DNA of 45,237 bases, taken from IMG/VR virus record IMGVR_UViG_3300043172_000354, one strand, 5' to 3'. The DNA comes from a virus. Below are positions 1-7,895 of this stretch, piece after piece. The number at the start of each line of letters is the position of its first letter. Within the stretch, counting starts at the first letter, position 1. The notes under the pieces are model-generated. The model had not been told where the DNA came from, searched no databases, and saw only the letters and a program-made list of their open reading frames with translations. The translations under genes and the position numbers were made by a program.

Positions 1-127
1 GTCGATCAGTGAGGTTTCGCCGGTCAACCAGTTCATCATTGAATTACGCTGGAAAGCATCGCCCACGTCTCGATCGAACTGCAAACTATCAAACCTTGCT
101 TTCATTTGTGGCGAAAGATCCCGAACG
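1..127. repeat. Terminal exact direct repeat, copy 1 (= 45111..45237); assembly circularisation overlap
   Basis: The first 127 bases (gtcgatcagtgaggtttcgcc...aagatcccgaacg) are reproduced exactly as the last 127 bases. The repeat lies inside a reading frame that continues across the junction. Confidence 0.95.
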
Positions 128-3100
128 GCTTGTATATCAGCCTTAGACGGAATGCCCCGGAACTCCGCCATGTACTTAGGATCAACATAAGAACTAATCA
201 AGAATTCAGATACCTGCTGTCTTGGTGCGATCTTGGCATTAAGGAATAACTTAGATTTTGCAAACCCGCCGAGCATCCGAGCAACTATATCGCTCAGTTC
301 GTCACCCTCAAATAACTGGCCCTCGATCCGCTCAATAAATTGTGTAATACGTTTTGCTTCTGCTGACCTGCCTTTATCTTCCATATCGACGATCACATCA
401 GGCGTATAAACGGCTTTTACTTCTCGCAGCGGTTCGGCCAGGCCAACGTACTTCGCAGAACTTATGCTTGAATTAAAGACGGTTTCAAAGAATCCAGCCA
501 ACTTTAGCGGATTAGATGTCCCAACTCGCTCCTTAAGCAAACCCATGCTTTCGACAAGCTGATTAGAACCGGCCAACTTTTTACCCTTCGGACCGCGAAC
601 AATCGACCGGCGAGCAGGCCAGTAATTCTCAACATTCGCAATGTCAATGAATTCGATCCTTGCGCTCACTTCGTTAATAGCCTCTTTATTATGCCCGTCC
701 ATCACCTTAGAACCAACCTGCCGGGCAACCTTTTTCTGCTGAGGTGTCAAGGTATCGATCATATTTTCAACTATCTCAACAGTGAAACCTCGCATTTTCT
801 CCTTAACGCCTTTGGTTACGCGATCCATTCCATCGTTGAGAAGAACGGCTAGGTTATGACTATTTCGCGTGTGCATAAATATTGACATTATTTCGTTTGA
901 CGTAAATTCAAAGGAGGCTGCCTTGCCGGAATTATCCTTAAGCGTGAAAGTGTGAACTTCTGGCTTTGGAGCGTGACCGAACGCCTTGCTTACCAGAGAA
1001 ATATCCTTCGGCCTCATAGACCAATTAAGTATATCCTTGCTGGTTACGCCATTATCTTTTTCGATTTCCCTCATTAAGTCCTTTGCGCCGTCAGCGTGCA
1101 GGACTTGATTATCGACCCCGGTATCAATAACATCGTAAACAAATTCAGTCATCGCTCGCTTAGATTCAGACCAAAGCTTATAAGTCCCCGGCCGTGCGCC
1201 GGAAACGGCATCGGAAACAGACTCAAGATTATCGTGTATGAGTTTGAATTTCTTAAGAACCTTTGAACTTGCCTCGCCGCCCAGGTTAGCCGGAATGGAC
1301 GGAGGAGCAGTAATCTCTCTTTTAATCGCTGATCTTCGCCGTATGGCCTCTTTTGCGTTCTCATCCTTCGCCGCGATGGTATCAGCCTCATTCTGGAATC
1401 TGAGAGCGATAAGCGTGTTCGTTATTTGGTCAAGTGATTCAATTGAAAGCTGATTGATAGCGAATGTCTTGGCTGTCATGCCGCTAAGTTCCGTAAGAAT
1501 CTGTTGTGCCTGGAACGCCGCGACCGAATCTTCTCGTGCGGTATCAAGTACCTGCTGCGCCATCGCCCGCATTTCAGCGTTTTTGAGCTCTGTTTCAGGT
1601 CTGATCTTGCCTAATTGCAAGCTGTCAAGAATGCTTTGAGCGGTTCCCGCAAACTCCGGCAACATCTTTTTCGGGTTGATTGCTTTGATTGCTACCTTGA
1701 GACGGTTGACTGCATCCCGCTTTTCAGCACGTAAAACGCCTTTTTCTACTGCAGCGGTAATCTTTTCAAGGTCCCTAGGGGACTTCGCTTCGGCAACACG
1801 CTTCAGGAAATCGCCCCGTTTATCCTTCTCGACGAATGTTTTAACTAGTTCAGACGCAGTTTTTCTTCTTGCATCTGTGAGATTTTGAGCTTGCTTGAGT
1901 TTGAGTATCTCGACTTTTGCCTTCTCGCGGGACTCCTTTTCGCCAGCCCGGAAACCAACAGCCTGACCTTCTTCTTGCGCTTCTCTTAGTTCTCTGGCTA
2001 CGTCTTTTTGTTCCTTGTTTGTTCTTAAGATTTCAGCAATTGTCTCGACCGGAACGCCAGTTGATTTATGCAACTTCTTGATACGACTCTTTAGTTGAGC
2101 GGCTGTTTCCTTTTTTGTTGTCGCGGCTTTTCTTTCCGCGCGAGTAAGTTTGCCCTTTTCGCCCGGTGCTCTTTTAGATAATCTTCCACGCGTTTCGACA
2201 TCTTCTTTAGTCTCCAATAATGGTTCAATTTCGATTTTATGTTCCTGCTCAATGCTTGCAGTTGCTTCGTTTATTTCGGCAACCGTGAATCCCTTATGGA
2301 ACATATCATGCCGCATAGCTGCTATTTCACTAAAAGGATCACCTGATGACATCATTTTGTGAAGGACAATCTGAGGTATGCCGCCGATTTTCTTTCTTGC
2401 GGCTTTTGTCTCTGATAACCTCTGAAGGAATGATGTTACATCCAGTTCGCCGCTAGTCTCTTCAACGCCAGTCTTATTCCGACCGAAACCCTCCATTACT
2501 ATTTGGTCAAATGGCGTACCCTCAGACCGCTTAAAGGTGATATGCTTCCTCAATGATGGATCACCTTCAAGATGTATCTTAACTTCACCCCTGAATTTCT
2601 CGGGTATAAACGCCTTGCCTAACTGAATCTCCTGGCTTTGTAATTCTATCGCTTCCGCTTCAGCCTGGAAAACAGGATCGTTACGAACAGCCTCGGTTAT
2701 CTGTTTCTTGGTTGCGGCGGTAGACTGAACATCGGCTTTTGCCGGTGCTTTGCGCTCAATAACCTCATCCGCTTCAAATCCCTCAAAGAAGTCATCGAAG
2801 TTGTCGTCTGATTTTATTGTTGCTGGCCTTGCTTCTTGGGCTTGGGCGGGCGAAGGCTGGACCACCAGAGTTGATATTATTTGGTCTGCCGAAAAGACTG
2901 CGTATTCAGTAGCCCCGTCAGTCTTGACTATAATGCCATCAAACCCATCTTCTTTAGCTTGGTCTATTTGCTCTCGCGTAGGCGACCTGTCAAGAATAAG
3001 TGGGTTTTCTATATTAAGCTTAGCAGGTCTAATATTGGAACTTTGAAACGTAAATGCCTTCGCTTCAATGCCTATCTCAGCCGCTTCTAGAATGAAATCG

Positions 3101-4767
3101 CTTTCATGCGCCCTACTGAATGTGGCCGCTATTTCTGGGTCATCTGAAAAGAATATAGCCCCTTCTGCGTTTATGTTTTCTGTGTTTTTACCGCTTTGTG
3201 TAATGTCGAACTCGTCGAAACCTTCCGGTGTGCCATGAAATACCGTCAATGGTTCGCCTTTTTCGTCAACTACCTTAGTTTTAGTTAGCTTTGGCTTTTC
3301 CTCTGCAATAGCTTCTGCGTTAACCTGCACTTCCCCCTCAACCTCAATAGACGGCTCGGGGGTTACTTCGACTGATGGGGCTTGCTCTGGGGCAACCTCT
3401 GGAGCTTCTTCGACAGCGATATCCTTCTTGACCGCATTCGCCACCTGTTTAATATTCTGAACCCCACGCCTAGTCAAGTCTACGCCAACACCCACACTTG
3501 CCGCACCGCCGCCCACAACACCGCCTACGAAGGCGTTCTCTGGCATAGCCGCCAATCCCGCCACTATCGCCTTCTTCGCAGCCAGCGACTTGTCAGTGCC
3601 CTTAGTGGTCTCTTTGCCAAAAACCTCTAAGAATGTCTGGTTGAACCCGGTTATTCCTTCTTGGGTTGCGTTCTCGGCGATGAGTGTTAATCCCCGCCGT
3701 ACTGATAAACCCTCTTTAAATCCCTTAATAATGCCCGGCAAGACAAGCATTTCACCACCGATCTCAGCAGCTTCGGATAGTTCGCCAATAATCAAAGATT
3801 TACGAACCGATCCACCAGCCTCTAATTGAGCCTGAAACGCAGCTCCACCCTCAGATTCACCAAGCATTGCAAGGCCAACCAGGGGATTGCCTGTCAATAA
3901 GCTGATTCCAACAGCAGCACCCATCGAAGGTACACCGCTTTGCACGGTAACTCGCATCAACTTGGTAATAGGAGCATTGCTCATAGTAGCAATATCTTGA
4001 GCAGCAGTAAGGTCTTTTTGTTTCCCGCGGAGTATCTTTGCTCCAATATCAGGCAGTCTCGTTACAAGGCCCATGGCCGCACCAGCAACAGAACCCGGCA
4101 AAGGCTTATCTGCCCGTAGGAAATCAATTCTATCAGGAGGAATAAGGAAGTTATTGCCGTCCAGAGGGTTTCTTAGACTGCCAGTAGCAGGGTCCATCTG
4201 AGGAGTTATAGCCTCAAATTGACTTCTCACAGCAGCATCAATATCCTCGCTAATTCCGCCACCGGCAAGCTGAATAGCTCTACGCTTTATTGCTTCGAGT
4301 GTAGAAGCTCCAAGTCCGATAGTTCCAATCTTCAAATTCAAAGGAGTTTCCCGTAAGGCTGTTTTGATGTCATCCCTAAGATTGCGATTAACAACAGACG
4401 CAGACATCTTTTCAAGAGACTCGCCATACAACTCCTTCGCTATACCGGGCGCCATGAATTGAGCATCGAATAAATCAATACCAAACAATTCGGACATAAA
4501 GAAACTATTCTCTATTTCCATTTTGAAATCTTCCGGGTCATCCAGAGTATTGATAAGCTCAGTTGCCATCTGACTTCTAATGGCAGGATGTTTCAGTTTA
4601 TCAGGGTTGTGGTATATGTCATCCATAACTTGCTTACGGAATTCAATTGAATCACTTACATCACCCCCAATAACCTCATCGTCAGAACCCCTGAAAGTGG
4701 GAGGCTCTTGAACGGCTACGGCTTGCTGATCTTCAATAATTTCATCGTCCGAAGTTCTAAAGGGCAT
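1..4767 (-). CDS. Giant internal virion/ejection polyvalent protein, N-terminal 1,589 codons (continues across the circular junction into 44271..45110; 1,868 aa in total)
   Basis: Absent from the ORF track because there is no stop inside the window. I split every line from 4767 down to 1 into triplets and found no tta/cta/tca in the frame p mod 3 = 0. The ATG at 4767..4765 overlaps the TAA of the upstream gene (TAATG). The frame matches ORF 44271..45215 after collapsing the overlap (45215-45110=105). It is the last and largest gene after the nozzle and two internal-protein genes, the T7 gp16 slot. Gly/Ala-rich hydrophobic stretches occupy aa ~223-430, and an ART-like motif block aa ~500-625. 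Confidence 0.9.
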   Translation of the reverse strand, partial: MPFRTSDDEIIEDQQAVAVQEPPTFRGSDDEVIGGDVSDSIEFRKQVMDDIYHNPDKLKHPAIRSQMATELINTLDDPEDFKMEIENSFFMSELFGIDLFDAQFMAPGIAKELYGESLEKMSASVVNRNLRDDIKTALRETPLNLKIGTIGLGASTLEAIKRRAIQLAGGGISEDIDAAVRSQFEAITPQMDPATGSLRNPLDGNNFLIPPDRIDFLRADKPLPGSVAGAAMGLVTRLPDIGAKILRGKQKDLTAAQDIATMSNAPITKLMRVTVQSGVPSMGAAVGISLLTGNPLVGLAMLGESEGGAAFQAQLEAGGSVRKSLIIGELSEAAEIGGEMLVLPGIIKGFKEGLSVRRGLTLIAENATQEGITGFNQTFLEVFGKETTKGTDKSLAAKKAIVAGLAAMPENAFVGGVVGGGAASVGVGVDLTRRGVQNIKQVANAVKKDIAVEEAPEVAPEQAPSVEVTPEPSIEVEGEVQVNAEAIAEEKPKLTKTKVVDEKGEPLTVFHGTPEGFDEFDITQSGKNTENINAEGAIFFSDDPEIAATFSRAHESDFILEAAEIGIEAKAFTFQSSNIRPAKLNIENPLILDRSPTREQIDQAKEDGFDGIIVKTDGATEYAVFSADQIISTLVVQPSPAQAQEARPATIKSDDNFDDFFEGFEADEVIERKAPAKADVQSTAATKKQITEAVRNDPVFQAEAEAIELQSQEIQLGKAFIPEKFRGEVKIHLEGDPSLRKHITFKRSEGTPFDQIVMEGFGRNKTGVEETSGELDVTSFLQRLSETKAARKKIGGIPQIVLHKMMSSGDPFSEIAAMRHDMFHKGFTVAEINEATASIEQEHKIEIEPLLETKEDVETRGRLSKRAPGEKGKLTRAERKAATTKKETAAQLKSRIKKLHKSTGVPVETIAEILRTNKEQKDVARELREAQEEGQAVGFRAGEKESREKAKVEILKLKQAQNLTDARRKTASELVKTFVEKDKRGDFLKRVAEAKSPRDLEKITAAVEKGVLRAEKRDAVNRLKVAIKAINPKKMLPEFAGTAQSILDSLQLGKIRPETELKNAEMRAMAQQVLDTAREDSVAAFQAQQILTELSGMTAKTFAINQLSIESLDQITNTLIALRFQNEADTIAAKDENAKEAIRRRSAIKREITAPPSIPANLGGEASSKVLKKFKLIHDNLESVSDAVSGARPGTYKLWSESKRAMTEFVYDVIDTGVDNQVLHADGAKDLMREIEKDNGVTSKDILNWSMRPKDISLVSKAFGHAPKPEVHTFTLKDNSGKAASFEFTSNEIMSIFMHTRNSHNLAVLLNDGMDRVTKGVKEKMRGFTVEIVENMIDTLTPQQKKVARQVGSKVMDGHNKEAINEVSARIEFIDIANVENYWPARRSIVRGPKGKKLAGSNQLVESMGLLKERVGTSNPLKLAGFFETVFNSSISSAKYVGLAEPLREVKAVYTPDVIVDMEDKGRSAEAKRITQFIERIEGQLFEGDELSDIVARMLGGFAKSKLFLNAKIAPRQQVSEFLISSYVDPKYMAEFRGIPSKADIQAVRDLSPQMKARFDSLQFDRDVGDAFQRNSMMNWLTGETSLID

Positions 4768-6674
4768 TATGGTTTCCTCACAATTTCACCGTCTGTGTCA
4801 ATATATAGTGTACCACTCGGAAAAGCATCGAAAGCAGCTTGATCTTTCGGCGTATTCTCTGGGACTTCGATTTTGTTTGTCTTAACGCCAGGTACGGAGT
4901 TTGCTCGGGCGATGTCAATAGCCTGCTGTGCAGTTCTGCCATCAATAATCGACTGAGCAACGGAATCCTTGCCCGCCTGAGACATGGCTTGGAATGTTTC
5001 GCTTTCTTCAGCAGTCTTAAATCGCTTCCTCGCTATGGCTTCTTCTTCTGTATCTAAAAGGAAGCCAGCTAAGCCAGGTCCGCCAGGAACAAACATTAAG
5101 GCTGCCCCAAGCTTACCCTCTTTTCGTCTTATGAATTTCTCAAGGAAACCAAGAGTAACGTCCTCGATTGCCGGTCTTGACAACGCACTAACTTGTTGCT
5201 GCCATTTACGGGTAAAATCAGGATCGTCAGCATTAGCATCAGCCCACTTGTCAAGTATTGTCTGATTACGTAAAAAGGCGATTCCGATGTCTGCCACGTT
5301 CTTAAGATAATCTCCGTCATCCCTATCGAGCACGCTGATTGCTGCCGACCGAACTCTGTCAAGAGAGGCTTGACCTCTTTTCACTTCGGGCCGCCCCAAT
5401 ACTGGGTTCTTTTTGACGTCCGCAGATTCAGCAGCGGTACTGATATTATCAAGGTTAGTTTTGCCCTCAGTAGCCTTTACGTCCTTAGATACCTTCTTAT
5501 ATTCAGAAATGGCTTCATCGTAAGACAACTCGCCGGATCTTGTTCGCCTGAGTATTCCATCAACCTGGATATTGGTTTCGTCAGAAGTTACAAAATTGGC
5601 CTTCTTGTTAGAATTATTAACCGATGATATATAGGAATTAGCGGATATAATTTGCTTATTCTTTTCAATTTCCGTAATTGGCTGTGCTTTTATAAAAGCG
5701 TGAATCCCATCGAATTCGCCATTATTAAGCTTTCCTTTGATCTCGTTAATCGAATTGTCCGTAACTTGCTGGGACTCCAATTCTGTTTCCGCTCGACTAT
5801 TTCTCACTTGGGTTTCTAGCGACGTCCTAGCCTTTTGTTTTTCTGGTTCCGGCAAGCCAGATGCGTTGATAATATCAATACCAACTTGTAACTTGCCGTC
5901 AGGGTCTTCTATATCAACCGTAGCTTGCCAAGCATCGAAACCAGCAGTTGTTACATTGCCTCGGATTATCCCTGCACGTTTGACATCAGCGTCGGCCTTC
6001 CATGACTCATATCCCGCCATCCTCACCTCGTCAGTGTCCAGCAAAGGATTTTCCCAATCCTCTATTAGCTGGATTTTCGGATTTCCTTTTTCATCTAATA
6101 CCGGTACTGGTTCTCCGTCCTTGTCTTCGGTGGCATACTCTAAGCCGAAATAGTCCATGCCATTTGCAAGCTCAAGCTGGTAATCGGATTCCTGTAACGC
6201 ACTGGCGGTTCTTCTGGTGGCTTCTTTTATTCCCAGGTTCCAATTTTGAGTATAATTTTGAACGTCCTGTGTTTGCTTGGCTCCGAACACACGCCTCGTT
6301 TGCGATAAATCCTCGTTTGCTTTCCATAATTCAAATTCGTTTGCAGCTCTTTTGTTGGTGAATTTGTACGAACTTGTCTGGCCAGCCTTTAGATTGGGAA
6401 TGTATGTTTCGGTATCAGCGTTGGTCTGTAAATCCTGCTCATAGTCGAAAAACTTTGTCAGGTATTCAGTCTTTGAAGAATTAAGCTGGTTATGAAATTC
6501 AGCCTTTTCTTTCTCCTGTATGAATGCTACGCCAAACTCAGTGAGTGCTTCGCCTGTTTTTGCAGCACTTCTATTTCCCTGCGTAGCTGCCTGAATGTCA
6601 GCGGACGAAAGCTGGCCCACACCACTGAGAGGAGCTAATCTTTGATTTCTATATTGTTGTGATATTTCGGGCAT
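4767..6674 (-). CDS. Internal virion (ejection/core) protein, 635 aa
   Basis: Long ORF between the small internal protein and the giant protein (T7 gp15-like slot). Its stop overlaps the next start (TAATG). The sequence is Q/E/K-rich and alpha-helical-looking with no enzymatic motif recognised. Confidence 0.6.
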   Translation of the reverse strand: MPEISQQYRNQRLAPLSGVGQLSSADIQAATQGNRSAAKTGEALTEFGVAFIQEKEKAEFHNQLNSSKTEYLTKFFDYEQDLQTNADTETYIPNLKAGQTSSYKFTNKRAANEFELWKANEDLSQTRRVFGAKQTQDVQNYTQNWNLGIKEATRRTASALQESDYQLELANGMDYFGLEYATEDKDGEPVPVLDEKGNPKIQLIEDWENPLLDTDEVRMAGYESWKADADVKRAGIIRGNVTTAGFDAWQATVDIEDPDGKLQVGIDIINASGLPEPEKQKARTSLETQVRNSRAETELESQQVTDNSINEIKGKLNNGEFDGIHAFIKAQPITEIEKNKQIISANSYISSVNNSNKKANFVTSDETNIQVDGILRRTRSGELSYDEAISEYKKVSKDVKATEGKTNLDNISTAAESADVKKNPVLGRPEVKRGQASLDRVRSAAISVLDRDDGDYLKNVADIGIAFLRNQTILDKWADANADDPDFTRKWQQQVSALSRPAIEDVTLGFLEKFIRRKEGKLGAALMFVPGGPGLAGFLLDTEEEAIARKRFKTAEESETFQAMSQAGKDSVAQSIIDGRTAQQAIDIARANSVPGVKTNKIEVPENTPKDQAAFDAFPSGTLYIDTDGEIVRKP

Positions 6675-6706
6675 TTAAAAGCTCCTTGTTTGTAGGGAAG
6701 TTTCCA

Positions 6707-7456
6707 TTATGCGAATACGCCTCCGCCTGGAATACTTGGTCTACCGGCATTAGTATTGAATAGCGAAGTAGAGATAAAACTTGGTTTTTTCTTGACTTTA
6801 AAAAGTAAACTCTGTAATGATTTCTTTTTGACCTGACTGACACTTCCGGCAACCTGACTACCGCTTCCGGCGACCGAACCTGGCGTCTTCGGACCGCCAA
6901 AGTTACTCAACAGGGCTATCGTTCCAATTCCCTTAGCAAGATCAGCGGCTCCTCTTACCCTTGCACTTCTCCTGGCAAGCTGGCCTTGATACTTCACTAA
7001 CGCTCCTTTATTCCTTAGTTCCGTAGCTTTTACACCATAGTTTCGGGATATTACCAAAGCATCAGCTTCAAACTCCCTTGAGGTGTTTGCCAGGATCGAC
7101 AAATTAGAACCTGTGAGTTGACCGCCGTTAGCTGCCATCTGTGCTATTTGCGAAGCTTGAGCACGTTTGGCCTGTTTGCGTTTCTCTCTGGATTCTTGCT
7201 GGCCGACTTCCTCAAATGACTCAGCCTGTGCGTCGATCTGCTGCTGTTGAATTTCGGCTAACCTGGCAGTTTCTTTGCCTTCTTTTAAGGTCTGGCTGTA
7301 AGATAGTGCTAAGCCTCCACCCGCAAGCGCAAGTGATACAGGGTCGAATCGCTTGAACGGGTGAACGAAGAATATTTGATTACCGCGAACAACCGCCTTT
7401 GCCCCATAAGGGATATGCCTATTCGGGCAAATCATTTTAAATAGTTCATTTTTCAT
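6707..7456 (-). CDS. Putative internal virion protein, 249 aa (T7 gp14-like slot)
   Basis: ORF directly after the GNAT gene with an 11-nt overlap. It has an A/Q/G-rich coiled region (AEIQQQQIDAQAESFEE...RAQASQIAQMAANGG) and a Gly/Ser/Lys-rich tail, typical of small podoviral ejection/pilot proteins. Confidence 0.5.
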   Translation of the reverse strand: MKNELFKMICPNRHIPYGAKAVVRGNQIFFVHPFKRFDPVSLALAGGGLALSYSQTLKEGKETARLAEIQQQQIDAQAESFEEVGQQESREKRKQAKRAQASQIAQMAANGGQLTGSNLSILANTSREFEADALVISRNYGVKATELRNKGALVKYQGQLARRSARVRGAADLAKGIGTIALLSNFGGPKTPGSVAGSGSQVAGSVSQVKKKSLQSLLFKVKKKPSFISTSLFNTNAGRPSIPGGGVFA

Positions 7457-7895
7457 TTGTTGTCCTTGAGAAAAGATATGCGTCGTCTCCGTTTGGTAAA
7501 TAACTTTTCATGCCTTTTGGTGTTTCATTTTTAAATCCAAAGAACTCTACAAATTTAATGCTTACTTTGTTGTTCACATTAACAGATGATTGAAACCTTT
7601 TTACGCCAAACCGTTCGCCTTGATCTTTCAGAAACCTTTTTACGCTTCTAATGGCTACAATATTCCTGTCGCTTCTGATTAAACTAAACCAGACCTCGCA
7701 AACACCAGGCCATAGAATAGTAGCACCGAAACACGCTATCGGTCCACCTTCGTCCTCAAGCACCCAAGCCGGACCTCTACCTTCGTCGAAATACTCATAG
7801 TAGACTTCCCTGAGCGATTCTTGCTCAAGCACCAGAGACGGTATATCCGATGCGGTCATCGGTCTTGTTATAGGTTTAGTTATTTCTTTAATCAC
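7446..7895 (-). CDS. GNAT-fold (acyl-CoA N-acyltransferase-like) protein in the virion module
   Basis: 149 aa. The segment ...GPIACFGATILWPGVCEVWFSLIR...RSVKRFLKDQGERFGVKRFQSSV..N.VSIKFVEFFGF resembles the GNAT core (beta4-alpha3-beta5). It overlaps the nozzle gene stop by 8 nt. Confidence 0.5.
   Translation of the reverse strand: MIKEITKPITRPMTASDIPSLVLEQESLREVYYEYFDEGRGPAWVLEDEGGPIACFGATILWPGVCEVWFSLIRSDRNIVAIRSVKRFLKDQGERFGVKRFQSSVNVNNKVSIKFVEFFGFKNETPKGMKSYLPNGDDAYLFSRTTNEK

Noticed and set aside
1-127. Terminal repeat as physical DTR, LTR or mobile-element end
   Set aside because: The repeat lies within a coding frame that reads through the junction, it is exactly 127 bp, and there are no flanking inverted repeats or a transposase. 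It is best explained as a circular-assembly overlap.
1149-3829. Cluster of 60-98-aa track ORFs on both strands (e.g. 1149..1391-, 1238..1453+, 2750..3046+, 3382..3630+)
   Set aside because: All lie inside the uninterrupted 1,868-aa minus-strand frame. They are out-of-frame or antisense shadows with low-complexity, Ser/Leu/Arg-rich translations and no RBS.
6784-6792. A6C run (GAAAAAACC on the coding strand) near the end of ORF 6707..7456 as a -1 frameshift site
   Set aside because: The A-run is phased AAG|AAA|AAA|CCA, not X_XXY_YYZ. There is no downstream structure or extended -1 frame of note.
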